Shown: piece after piece, positions 34,013 through 46,500 of the stretch
How positions within the stretch are numbered: the first letter of the stretch is position 1
Layout: each line of letters begins with the position of its first letter
Origin: Flectonema sp. DT1601
Taxonomy: Eukaryota
Reading direction: 5' to 3'
DNA: 64,000 nucleotides
NCBI GenBank assembly: GCA_964019425.1
Contig: OZ025801.1
Coordinates: 992,001-1,056,000 of the forward strand
The notes under the pieces: generated by a model
The model's database searches: none
What the model saw: only the letters and a program-made list of their open reading frames with translations
What the model was told of the DNA's origin: nothing
Program-made: the position numbers and the translations under genes

Positions 34013-34810
34013 ATGGACATCCAGCGTCAAGTAATAAGCGGAGCGGTAAAAGATAGATGGAATGTTAAGTGCAACGGTTTACAATTTCAGATTTTAGGTG
34101 TCGGAAATCAATCTGATATTGTTATCACAGACTGTGACATTAGAGAGTACATGGACAGCTCTCGGTGGGTTGACTTGGAGTCACTTTCTAATACCAAGGC
34201 TGTCGATCAAATTGCTTCTGCTGTTGAAAAAATGTACAACACAAAAATTGAATCTCAATACTTGATACCGGAATGGAATAAAGTTGTCCCAACGCAATTG
34301 CGTAGAGAAAAAGGAACGATCGTTTTGGAGGCTGCTTTGCTCGATGCTGATATAATTGGGATGTTACAATATAAAAACATACCTTCGTTTAAAATAACAA
34401 CTTCAAATTGGCAACAGCCAACTGTTGAGTTTTCTAACGCTGGTTTAATTGCTCAAAAGTACGAAGGAGCTCGACCAGGTGGAAACATCACAGCAGACCC
34501 TACTACCTGGTTGGAACTGTATCGTGAAACAGTTAAGAAATTACAGAGGCAGATTCTGATAGATGTTCTTAGAAAGCTTTACGGAGACGTTCTAGATGAG
34601 AGTGTAGATAAACTCAGCTGGTTGAATTCGAAGTTATTCAGCGTTGAAATACCTGAGAGTTATCCTTATTCGAAATTACCATCTGTTCACGTTCATGAGG
34701 ACGACAGGTTCTTTAACTCCTGTCCAGTTGGTAGCTTATTGGATCACATCACTTATATCAAACAAAGTGTTTCATCTTTTAATGACAATGATACCGTCTT
34801 ACAGACGTAA
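34013..34810 (+). CDS. Hypothetical protein
   Basis: 265-aa ORF with the AAAATG start context seen at other genes. Confidence 0.65.
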   Translation: MDIQRQVISGAVKDRWNVKCNGLQFQILGVGNQSDIVITDCDIREYMDSSRWVDLESLSNTKAVDQIASAVEKMYNTKIESQYLIPEWNKVVPTQLRREKGTIVLEAALLDADIIGMLQYKNIPSFKITTSNWQQPTVEFSNAGLIAQKYEGARPGGNITADPTTWLELYRETVKKLQRQILIDVLRKLYGDVLDESVDKLSWLNSKLFSVEIPESYPYSKLPSVHVHEDDRFFNSCPVGSLLDHITYIKQSVSSFNDNDTVLQT

Positions 34811-35214
34811 CTAAGTAACACATCAATTCCAATTTCATTTCGTACTTTAAATGAATTGATCTCAGATTGCAAACTCAAACTATCTACGTAGTCACCTCAT
34901 TAGCAGTCCATTAAACATTTCTTTTTTTATGATTCTTACATTGCCTTCCTAACCACCTCATTGCTTCTTCAGTTTCTGTTATGCGGTTGAGACTTTTCTT
35001 ATTGATATTCACATTCTAATTTAATTATTATCAACTTCAGATATGTACAAATGGTTTCGACAAATACTTTTATATCTCTTCGCTCCATTGAAGTTAACGT
35101 TTCGCAGTTCACGTGCTGAAATAGAATGATGTCACAACTTTTTATATCTTGTTTAGTTCAATATTTCATAACACTTATATATCAAATTCCCCCCTGCTCA
35201 GATCATTTGCCAAA

Positions 35215-35844
35215 ATGGTTTCGCTTAAGGTGCAAAAGAGGCTCTCCGCCAAGGTCCTGAAGTGTGGTAAGGGACGTGTTTGGCTTGACCCTAACGAGAC
35301 GTCCGACATCGTCCAGGCGAACTCCAGACGTCAGATCGAGAAGCTCGTAAAGGATGGTTACATCATCCGTCGCCCAAAGAACAGCATCTCCAGATTCAGA
35401 TGGAGAAAGGTTCTCGTGGCAAAGAGAAAGGGACGTCACAACGGACAGGGTAAGCGTAAGGGAGCTTCCGAGGCTCGTATGCCAACCAAGGAACTCTGGG
35501 TAAGACGTATTCGTGTCCTCAGAAGATTGTTGAAGAAGTTCCGTGAGGCCAAGAAGATCGACAAGTACGCCTACCACAAGATGTACTTGGAGTGCAAGGG
35601 TAACGTTTACAAGAACAAGAGAACCCTTATGGAGCACATCCACAAGGAGAAGGGTATCAGAGCCAGAGAGAAGGAGCTCCAGGACCAGCTTGAGGCCAAG
35701 AAGATGAAGTCGATCGCCAAGCGTGAGAAGCTCGCGAAGAAGGAGACCAAGCGTCGTGAGAAGGAGAGAGCCGAGCGTGGATCAACCACCACCAAGAAGG
35801 CTGACACCAAGAAGACTGACTCCAAGAAGAAGTCAAAGAAGTAA
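35215..35844 (+). CDS. RPL19: 60S ribosomal protein eL19, copy 1
   Basis: [28 protein letters not shown]...GKRKG...LRRLLKK...KGNVYKNKR. The true ATG is at 35215 by comparison with the other copies. Confidence 0.98.
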   Translation: MVSLKVQKRLSAKVLKCGKGRVWLDPNETSDIVQANSRRQIEKLVKDGYIIRRPKNSISRFRWRKVLVAKRKGRHNGQGKRKGASEARMPTKELWVRRIRVLRRLLKKFREAKKIDKYAYHKMYLECKGNVYKNKRTLMEHIHKEKGIRAREKELQDQLEAKKMKSIAKREKLAKKETKRREKERAERGSTTTKKADTKKTDSKKKSKK

Positions 35845-36207
35845 AATATTCATCAAAAGAATTAATTATCAAATCATAAAAAAAAAAAAAAAACTCGATT
35901 CCATAAACAAAAACTCTTGTTGAAATCAATGTAGTGTTCCTTAAGCGCAACCACCGCATGGCAGTCTTAAATGCGCGTGTGAGTGTACTCCCGTTTACTG
36001 CCCACTGGGCTGTATTCTTTCGTGTAAAGAGCGGGTCATTATTTTACAATCGTATCCAATCACATTAATATTATTCTTCAACCCCCGACATCACTCGAAT
36101 TAATCATACACACAATATGAGGCAACAGTTCCCTATGGAGACATTTCATTGTAATCATAGTAATTAGGTTCCTGAGCTCGTGATGACTTCTTTCTCCTTT
36201 TCCTTCA

Positions 36208-39200
36208 CCTTTATGATGAAATATCAATATATGCCGCCCCAGTCGGAGCTACGGCGATGCCCGAAAAGGCATTCTATAACCCTTAGGACACCGCTGACAC
36301 AACTCAATGCTTTTTGTCTTCATTCTTGCTGTTCGATATGATGCATAACACAACCCTTTTGGTTAAAGGAAACCCCTTGATGTTACCAAAAATAAATGTC
36401 AAACTCAACAGGTCTGACTTGAACCATCATCCCATCCTTCTCCTGCACTTCTTCACTTTTATGATGAAATATCAATATATGCCGCCCCAGTCGGAGCTAC
36501 GGCGATGCCCGAAAAGGCATTCTATAACCCTTAGGACACCGCTGACACAACTCAATGCTTTTTGTCTTCATTCTTGCTGTTCGATATGATGCATAACACA
36601 ACCCTTTTGGTTAAAGGAAACCCCTTGATGTTACCAAAAATAAATGTCAAACTCAACAGGTCTGACTTGAACCATCACCTCATCCTTCTGCTGCACTCCT
36701 TCACTTTTATGATGAAATATCAATATATGCCGCCCCAGTCGGAGCTACGGCGATGCCCGAAAAGGCATTCTATAACCCTTAGGACACCGCTGACACAACT
36801 CAATTCCTTTTGTCTTCACTCTCGCTGTTCGATATGATGCATAACACAACCCTTTTGGTTAAAGGAAACCCCTTGATGTTACCAAAAATAAATGTCAAAC
36901 TCAACAGGTCTGACTTGAACCATCACCTCATCCTTCTCCTGTACTCCTTCAATCTTATGATGAAATATCAATATATGCCGCCCCAGTCGGAGCTACGGCG
37001 ATGCCCGAAAAGGCATTCTATAACCCTTAGGACACCGCTGACACAACTCAATTCCTTTTGTCTTCACTCTCGCTGTTCGATATGATGCATAACACAACCC
37101 TTTTGGTTAAAGGAAACCCCTTGATGTTACCAAAAATAAATGTCAAACTCAACAGGTCTGACTTGAACCATCACCTCATCCTTCTCCTGCACTCCTTCAC
37201 TTTTATGATGAAATATCAATATATGCCGCCCCAGTCGGAGCTACGGCGATGCCCGAAAAGGCATTCTATAACCCTTAGGACACCGCTGACACAACTCAAT
37301 TCCTTTTGTCTTCACTCTCGCTGTTCGATATGATGCATAACACAACTCTTTTGGTTAAAGGAAACCCCTTGATGTTACCAAAAATAAATGTCAAACTCAA
37401 CAGGTCTGACTTGAACCATCATCCCATCCTTCTCCTGCACTTCTTCACTTTTATGATGAAATATCAATATATGCCGCCCCAGTCGGAGCTACGGCGATGC
37501 CCGAAAAGGCATTCTATAACCCTTAGGACACCGCTGACACAACTCAATTCCTTTTGTCTTCACTCTCGCTGTTCGATATGATGCATAACACAACTCTTTT
37601 GGTTAAAGGAAACCCCTTGATGTTACCAAAAATAAATGTCAAACTCAACAGGTCTGACTTGAACCATCACCTCATCCTTCTGCTGCACTCCTTCAATCTT
37701 ATGATGAAATATCAATATATGCCGCCCCAGTCGGAGCTACGGCGATGCCCGAAAAGGCATTCTATAACCCTTAGGACACCGCTGACACAACTCAATGCTT
37801 TTTGTCTTCATTCTCGCTGTTCGATATGATGCATAACACAACCCTTTTGGTTAAAGGAAACCCCTTGATGTTACCAAAAATAAATGTCAAACTCAACAGG
37901 TCTGACTTGAACCATCACCTCATCCTTCTGCTGCACTCCTTCAATCTTATGATGAAATATCAATATATGCCGCCCCAGTCGGAGCTACGGCGATGCCCGA
38001 AAAGGCATTCTATAACCCTTAGGACACCGCTGACACAACTCAATGCTTTTTGTCTTCATTCTCGCTGTTCGATATGATGCATAACACAACTCTTTTGGTT
38101 AAAGGAAACCCCTTGATGTTACCAAAAATAAATGTCAAACTCAACAGGTCTGACTTGAACCATCACCTCATCCTTCTGCTGCACTCCTTCATTTTTATGA
38201 TGAAATATCAATATATGCCGCCCCAGTCGGAGCTACGGCGATGCCCGAAAAGGCATTCTATAACCCTTAGGACACCGCTGACACAACTCAATGCTTTTTG
38301 TCTTCATTCTCGCTGTTCGATATGATGCATAACACAACCCTTTTGGTTAAAGGAAACCCCTTGATGTTACCAAAAATAAATGTCAAACTCAACAGGTCTG
38401 ACTTGAACCATCACCTCATCCTTCTGCTGCACTCCTTCAATCTTATGATGAAATATCAATATATGCCGCCCCAGTCGGAGCTACGGCGATGCCCGAAAAG
38501 GCATTCTATAACCCTTAGGACACCGCTGACACAACTCAATGCTTTTTGTCTTCATTCTCGCTGTTCGATATGATGCATAACACAACTCTTTTGGTTAAAG
38601 GAAACCCCTTGATGTTACCAAAAATAAATGTCAAACTCAACAGGTCTGACTTGAACCATCACCTCATCCTTCTCCTGTACTCCTTCAATCTTATGATGAA
38701 ATATCAATATATGCCGCCCCAGTCGGAGCTACGGCGATGCCCGAAAAGGCATTCTATAACCCTTAGGACACCGCTGACACAACTCAATGCTTTTTGTCTT
38801 CATTCTCGCTGTTCGATATGATGCATAACACAACCCTTTTGGTTAAAGGAAACCCCTTGATGTTACCAAAAATAAATGTCAAACTCAACAGGTCTGACTT
38901 GAACCATCACCTCATCCTTCTGCTGCACTCCTTCACTTTTATGATGAAATATCAATATATGCCGCCCCAGTCGGAGCTACGGCGATGCCCGAAAAGGCAT
39001 TCTATAACCCTTAGGACACCGCTGACACAACTCAATTCCTTTTGTCTTCACTCTCGCTGTTCGATATGATGCATAACACAACCCTTTTGGTTAAAGGAAA
39101 CCCCTTGATGTTACCAAAAATAAATGTCAAACTCAACAGGTCTGACTTGAACCATCATCTCATCCTTCTCCTGCACTCCTTCATTTTTATGATGAAATAT

Positions 39201-39525
39201 CAATATATGCCGCCCCAGTCGGGGCTACGGCGATGCCCGAAAAGGCATTCTATAACCCTTAGGACACCGCTGACACAACTCAATGCTTTTTGTCTTCATT
39301 CTCGCTGTTCGATATGATGCATAACACAACCCTTTTGGTTAAAGGAAACCCCTTGATGTTACCAAAAATAAATGTCAAACTCAACAGGTCTGACTTGAAC
39401 CATCACCTCATCCTTCTCCTGTACTCCTTCAATCTTATGATGAAATATCAATATATGCCGCCCCAGTCGGAGCTACGGCGATGCCCGAAAAGGCATTCTA
39501 TAACCCTTAGGACACCGCTGACATA
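36208..39525 (+). repeat. Tandem array 2: 248-bp units with 14 copies of snoRNA A and 13 of snoRNA B
   Basis: Same unit as array 1. Starts at box C of A (36213) and ends just after box D of A (39521). Confidence 0.97.
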
Positions 39526-39995
39526 GCTTATTCTTTGTCTTCACAAATACATTATGCATGATGGACAATCTCGTTGACGTCGTCTTTATTGTTAATCAAT
39601 CAGTAGTTGATTGTCTGATATTATTATTATTATTATTAAATTGGATCATTTGCAGTCCAAAGGTCAATTTTTTCAATGAGGTAACTTAGTTTAGTTTATG
39701 TTGTTTTCTTGTAATTAAAAGTAGTTAGCTTTTAAAGCTAAAGACTAACTCTCCCTAAACTGAAGAGTCAGAGTTGTCTGGTGATTGAATTGCACATACA
39801 GGGAGGTAAAAAGGTTGTGAAGGCTGTTCACATTACTGATGGAGCGACTTCTTCGTGCATGTCGTCGGCAGTACGGTCATATGGGTTTGTAGTCACTGGA
39901 CAATACTACCACTGATAGTGAGCAGTACACTTTTGTTTATCAGGTTTGTCTGTAGCTGATATATATTTTCCCCTCATCTCAGATCACTTGCCGAA

Positions 39996-40625
39996 ATGGT
40001 TTCGCTTAAGGTGCAAAAGAGGCTCTCCGCCAAGGTCCTGAAGTGTGGTAAGGGACGTGTTTGGCTTGACCCTAACGAGACGTCCGACATCGTCCAGGCG
40101 AACTCCAGACGTCAGATCGAGAAGCTCGTTAAGGATGGTTACATCATCCGTCGCCCAAAGAACAGCATCTCCAGATTCAGATGGAGAAAGGTTCTCGTGG
40201 CAAAGAGAAAGGGACGTCACAACGGACAGGGTAAGCGTAAGGGAGCTTCCGAGGCTCGTATGCCAACCAAGGAACTCTGGGTAAGACGTATTCGTGTCCT
40301 CAGAAGATTGTTGAAGAAGTTCCGTGAGGCCAAGAAGATCGACAAGTACGCCTACCACAAGATGTACTTGGAGTGCAAGGGTAACGTCTACAAGAACAAG
40401 AGAACCCTTATGGAGCACATCCACAAGGAGAAGGGTATCAGAGCCAGAGAGAAGGAGCTCCAGGACCAGCTTGAGGCCAAGAAGATGAAGTCGATCGCCA
40501 AGCGTGAGAAGCTCGCGAAGAAGGAGACCAAGCGTCGTGAGAAGGAGAGAGCCGAGCGTGGATCAACCACCACCAAGAAGGCTGACACCAAGAAGACTGA
40601 TTCTAAGAAGAAGTCAAAGAAGTAA
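39996..40625 (+). CDS. RPL19: 60S ribosomal protein eL19, copy 2
   Basis: Identical 209-aa protein. Confidence 0.98.
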   Translation: MVSLKVQKRLSAKVLKCGKGRVWLDPNETSDIVQANSRRQIEKLVKDGYIIRRPKNSISRFRWRKVLVAKRKGRHNGQGKRKGASEARMPTKELWVRRIRVLRRLLKKFREAKKIDKYAYHKMYLECKGNVYKNKRTLMEHIHKEKGIRAREKELQDQLEAKKMKSIAKREKLAKKETKRREKERAERGSTTTKKADTKKTDSKKKSKK

Positions 40626-41437
40626 GTTCCTTAAGCATGTGTTCGATTCCATTCCAGTCATTAGTTTTTACCATGAACCACTACCAGAGGGAAGTGAGAA
40701 GAGAAAAGACAAATACAATCACTTTTTACCTTTCCAAGAAAAAAACGAGTGAAATACAAAAAAAAGTACAGTCAGAGTTCCTGTAAATATGTTTCGTCAT
40801 CACTGTGGCAAGGGTTCAGTTCTTTTTTAAAAAAAAAAAAAAAAAAAAAGTCAGCTTACTACAAAAAGTGCCGAAATTGTGTCGGAATTCGACTTTTTAC
40901 ACTTTGTGGCTTCTAGTGGTTATATTTCTTCTCAACTTCAGACAACACAATAGTAGAAGTTTCAGGGTAGTTGTGACATTGGTAACAACAACTACAGCAA
41001 TTTCGTTGCAATTCCCATGTTCAACATTGACTTTGAGTGCAGTAAGTAAACATAATATTATGATAAACAGACATTGTTTAATGTGGTGTAGTAGGTGCAA
41101 CGAAAGGTTTCCTCAAAATGAGAAAGCATGTCACCTCATATGGTGCTATAGAGGAAGACAATGGTGTTTTCATTAGTTGTGAAAATATAACTTCCTCGGC
41201 ATTCAGGTTCTATGAACACGTTGTATTCTGTGAGTGTGTTATTGGTTAGTCCTGTAGTCAAAGAGTTGTAATTCTTTCAGTAATAATGTTGTTTAACATT
41301 GCGTTCCCTGAAATATCGCACTCGAGAAGGATACCGCAGACAACACTGATAGCCTGAAGTGTTCTCTTTGGATCACCAAAAGATTATTCATTTAAATCGT
41401 TATACTATTTCCCCCTCATCTCAGATCACTTGCCGAA

Positions 41438-42067
41438 ATGGTTTCGCTTAAGGTGCAAAAGAGGCTCTCCGCCAAGGTCCTGAAGTGTGGTAAGGGACGT
41501 GTTTGGCTTGACCCTAACGAGACGTCCGACATCGTCCAGGCGAACTCCAGACGTCAGATCGAGAAGCTCGTTAAGGATGGTTACATCATCCGTCGCCCAA
41601 AGAACAGCATCTCCAGATTCAGATGGAGAAAGGTTCTCGTGGCAAAGAGAAAGGGACGTCACAACGGACAGGGTAAGCGTAAGGGAGCTTCCGAGGCTCG
41701 TATGCCAACCAAGGAACTTTGGGTAAGACGTATTCGTGTCCTCAGAAGATTGTTGAAGAAGTTCCGTGAGGCCAAGAAGATCGACAAGTACGCCTACCAC
41801 AAGATGTACTTGGAGTGCAAGGGTAACGTTTACAAGAACAAGAGAACCCTTATGGAGCACATCCACAAGGAGAAGGGTATCAGAGCCAGAGAGAAGGAGC
41901 TCCAGGACCAGCTTGAGGCCAAGAAGATGAAGTCGATCGCCAAGCGTGAGAAGCTCGCGAAGAAGGAGACCAAGCGTCGTGAGAAGGAGAGAGCCGAGCG
42001 TGGATCAACCACCACCAAGAAGGCTGACACCAAGAAGACTGACTCCAAGAAGAAGTCAAAGAAGTAA
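41438..42067 (+). CDS. RPL19: 60S ribosomal protein eL19, copy 3
   Basis: Identical 209-aa protein. Confidence 0.98.
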   Translation: MVSLKVQKRLSAKVLKCGKGRVWLDPNETSDIVQANSRRQIEKLVKDGYIIRRPKNSISRFRWRKVLVAKRKGRHNGQGKRKGASEARMPTKELWVRRIRVLRRLLKKFREAKKIDKYAYHKMYLECKGNVYKNKRTLMEHIHKEKGIRAREKELQDQLEAKKMKSIAKREKLAKKETKRREKERAERGSTTTKKADTKKTDSKKKSKK

Positions 42068-42585
42068 GCACCCTTCTTTTTACCTCTAATGCGAGTTGAG
42101 TGAGCGAAACCTGCTTTCATTGTCATTTCGAATTTCGGAAAAAAAAAAAAAAAAAAAAACGTAGAAAAATTTAAAAAAAAAAAAAAAACTAAAAAAAACG
42201 GGTTCTACGGACTCGAACAAAAAAAAAAAAAAAAAAACCATTGATTGTTACCTAGAGTAGTAGGGGGTACAGTCAACACAGACTGTCAGCCAATACAATA
42301 AATAAGTTCTCATTTCTTCTCCAGGTCATCAGTTCGCTTCAGAGAACAACAGCAGTACGGTATTCTGGTATCCATGGCTGTTATATATGTGTGTGGATCG
42401 GATACTACAACAAGAGGCATAATGTATTGTAGTTCGTAGAGACTGTTTGTAGTAGTGTTGATTTTTAAGTAGTTAATCGAAATATATATTGTACGTTGCG
42501 AAAGATATAAACCTCGCGAAGGTATTATTTGTAACCAGGTTGTTCGTTTACTTCATTACTCTCCGTCCACAGATCATTCGACAAA

Positions 42586-43215
42586 ATGGTTTCGCTTAAG
42601 GTGCAAAAGAGGCTCTCCGCCAAGGTCCTGAAGTGTGGTAAGGGACGTGTTTGGCTTGACCCTAACGAGACGTCCGACATCGTCCAGGCGAACTCCAGAC
42701 GTCAGATCGAGAAGCTCGTAAAGGATGGTTACATCATCCGTCGCCCAAAGAACAGCATCTCCAGATTCAGATGGAGAAAGGTTCTCGTGGCAAAGAGAAA
42801 GGGACGTCACAACGGACAGGGTAAGCGTAAGGGAGCTTCCGAGGCTCGTATGCCGACCAAGGAACTCTGGGTAAGACGTATTCGTGTCCTCAGAAGATTG
42901 TTGAAGAAGTTCCGTGAGGCCAAGAAGATCGACAAGTACGCCTACCACAAGATGTACTTGGAGTGCAAGGGTAACGTCTACAAGAACAAGAGAACCCTTA
43001 TGGAGCACATCCACAAGGAGAAGGGTATCAGAGCCAGAGAGAAGGAGCTCCAGGACCAGCTTGAGGCCAAGAAGATGAAGTCGATCGCCAAGCGTGAGAA
43101 GCTCGCGAAGAAGGAGACCAAGCGTCGTGAGAAGGAGAGAGCCGAGCGTGGATCAACCACCACCAAGAAGGCTGACACCAAGAAGACTGACTCCAAGAAG
43201 AAGTCAAAGAAGTAA
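42586..43215 (+). CDS. RPL19: 60S ribosomal protein eL19, copy 4
   Basis: Identical 209-aa protein. Confidence 0.98.
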   Translation: MVSLKVQKRLSAKVLKCGKGRVWLDPNETSDIVQANSRRQIEKLVKDGYIIRRPKNSISRFRWRKVLVAKRKGRHNGQGKRKGASEARMPTKELWVRRIRVLRRLLKKFREAKKIDKYAYHKMYLECKGNVYKNKRTLMEHIHKEKGIRAREKELQDQLEAKKMKSIAKREKLAKKETKRREKERAERGSTTTKKADTKKTDSKKKSKK

Positions 43216-43540
43216 GTTCCTTATGTAGGTAGTGGTGTGTTTTCCTGATTGGGTTGCGAAGAACTACGTTGTTTTTTCTTGTAGCCAATTAAAAAAAAAA
43301 AAGTTGTCAACAAATAAAGAACAAGACCCCTTTCACAAACACCCACCCACACGAGTTGTCTTTTTATCATCTTACTGTGAACCGCAAGACGGTAATTGCT
43401 GTTGATTTAGTTTTGAGAATACTTCACAGGAGAAGAACAATAAATGATATATAAAAGTCTGTCTCGTCTTTTTTAATTACTACTAAAAACCAGTCTAACT
43501 CAACCACTATTTCAGGGAGAGGAATCTTTTCTCACAAAAG

Positions 43541-46500
43541 ATGGGGAATCAACTTACCATGGGGGTGGACATCAACCCTTCCGATATCCTTGAAGGTCTA
43601 AAAACAAAAGCCCCCCTTGGTAACGGGAAAGGTAGATTATTAAAAAGTCTCCACTGCAGCAGTGAAGACGGTGATGTCGTATGTAAAATGTATCTGAAAA
43701 CTGAAGGCGCAGATGATCTAATGCTGGATAACTATGCGAGGGTTCTTAAAAGATGTGAAGATGACTTACGAGATCATGCGCGTTCAAGAAACGGTCGACA
43801 GGGAAATGTTTGTTTTTATACACTCTATAGAAATATACCTTGTACTAAGGCAGAGATGAAAGCGGCATTCGTGGTAAGAACATATTTCAGACATTCTTTG
43901 CAAGACAGATTGATGACTAGACCATTCCTAACTCGTGAGAATAAGATGTGGTTGAGTTATCAATTATTGCGAGCAGTTCAAGAAACACATGCAGCTCATG
44001 TTCCCCACGGAGATTTAAAAGTAAGTAACGTTATGGTAACTTCATTAGGCTGGCTTTATATAACTGACCTAGCACCTTTTAAACCTTCTCATATTACCCC
44101 AGCTGATTTTTCATATTTTTTTGATACTGCTGAGAATCGACATTGTAATCTCGCTCCTGAACGTTTTCTCTCTGATGAAGAAGGACATTTACTGACTGAA
44201 AAACTGACTGAACCTGTGACAGAAAAAATGGATGTGTTTGGTGTTGGTTGTGCCGTAGCTCAACTCTTTCTTGGTGGTGCTGTTCTATTTAAATTGGACC
44301 AGCTGTTGGCTTATAAAAATGGAAATTATGATCCGGAAGCAAGACTTCGAGAAAAGATTGAAGATCCACCAGTTGTCAATCTTGTACTTGCACTCATAGA
44401 AAGAGATATATCAAAACGTCCTACAGCGACAAAGGCGTTGGAGATGTTTACGTCTTCTGTGTTTCCAAAGTTCTTTAAAACTCTACATGAAGATGTGATT
44501 GGTCCTTTAGTTTCTCTCTCTCCTGATAAGCGTGCATCATCTCTCTCACCGAGAATTCCAGAGTTAATTGAGATGTTGAAAGATGATCCTGACTACCTTA
44601 GAATATGTCTTGTCAATATAGCAACTGTATTGTGTGGTACAATGAGACATTGTTTAATTACTCAGAATAAAGTAGCTTGTTTAGAAGCAATGATTGATAT
44701 TGCTCCATACGTTGGTGATGATTGTAATCTTCAAACACTGTTACCATACGCTGTGACCATGTCAAAGGATAAACAATCTCCGTTGGTTAGAGTTACTTCT
44801 GTTAGAATGATTGCGAAGGCTATTGAAAATATTAGTTTGTTTCCTCCGAGTGAAGCTAATTTATTTGATGACTACATCATACCTGCTATCACTCCTCTAG
44901 CTTCTGACAAGTCAATTCTTGTAAAGGCTGTGTTAGCTGAGAAGCTACCAGCAGTTGCTATCCACGCCAGACGATTCTTAGAAACTAGACAACTTCTTCC
45001 TACTGTTGAGAGTGGTCAAGGAGGAAGGGTTGGTCTTCCATACAATGAGGGCTATGATGCAGATTTAACTCGAATTCAGGATCTGTTTCAAGATATAGTT
45101 GCAACTCTAGTGTTAGCACCTGAAGTCTCTCCATGGGTCACTCGCGGATTCCTGTTCGACATCACAAAACTCTGCGTCTTTTTTGGAAGACAACGCACCA
45201 ATAATTTCATCATACCAACTTTAACCATTAGTACTTTATTTCTTAATGCTCCGGATTTTCAAGTTAGAAAAGACTTACACAAGCAACTAGTTGGAATCGC
45301 TCTGTATGTCGGACCGACATTCTTATCTTATATATTACCGTTGATAAAGGAAGGCTTACTTGATGTTGAAGAAATAGTTGCTCATGAAGCCTTATCAAGT
45401 TTATCTAGATTGAGTAGATTAGGTTTGTTTGATAGAAGAGCGTTAGTAGATTTAAGTGAAGTAGTTGTACCGCTATTAATACATCCATCGAAGTGGATTC
45501 GAAGTCGAACAGTTGATTTCTTCGCAACGATGGAAGGAAGTATAAGTGAAGTTGATATAATTTGTTTTATTATGCCTTTGATAAGTCCGTTTTTAAAATT
45601 CGCAGTCCCTTGCCTGTCGGAAGATATATTAGAAACGTCATTAATTCCTCCCATCAGTAGATCTGCTTTTGAAGAAGCTATTAAAAGAGGTTCAGCTGGT
45701 GCTGTTGTTGATGCGTTACAAGGAACGCCTTCTAACAGCAGAGCAGCATCACCACTGTCAAGGAGATCAAGTGACACGAATGAATCAGATCAGTCGCTGC
45801 TACCTCGAAACCAATCATCTGGTACGTTTCTTACTGGTAATGAACATATGAAATTACAACTTGTTCAAAAGTATATTGAAGGTCTTGTAAAGGGAACAAA
45901 CCGCTACAAAGAACGTGAAAGTGACGGACCTGCTCCAACTCCTGTTGAGAGAAGTAAACAACACCTGTTCTCTCATTCGAATACAAATGTTTTACCAGCT
46001 TTAGTTGACTTAGAATTTGGTATCAATGAAGTAGATAAACACACTGCTAAAGGTGAATCAGGAACATTAAATCTTTTTAAAACTGTTCCAACCCAACGAC
46101 AAAGGAAGAGAATGGAATTAAAGGCAGTCGCATTAGAAAGACGAGAACAGCAACTACAACAACAACAACAATATCAAGATCCACAACCAGCAGTTAGAAA
46201 TACGAGAGAATCTCATAATGCGGCACCAGCAAGTGGTTACAATATTATTAAATATTCGAGACCAACGCAAAACTTAATATGTCAAACAGAAGAACATACA
46301 GCAACAGTTACCGACATATCTGTTCACAGTAGCAAACCGTCCTGGTTCTTAACTTCTTCTATGGATGAGACTGTTAGACTTTGGAATATCGAATCTCTTG
46401 ATAAACACGCTGCTTTAGTATCTGAAACCTGCTACAGCGACACCACTTCTCAACATGGACAGCAGTCATCTCCGGTTCTCTCTGTTTCTATGCTCGCTGA

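Noticed and set aside
39720..39920. Additional snoRNAs upstream of RPL19 copy 2
   Set aside because: Some hairpins (AGTTAG/CTAACT, CTCCCT/AGGGAG) and TGATGG...CTGA are present, but there is no correctly placed AGA box or recognisable guide.
35203..43014. 146-aa minus-strand ORFs over each RPL19
   Set aside because: Antisense shadows caused by biased codon usage.
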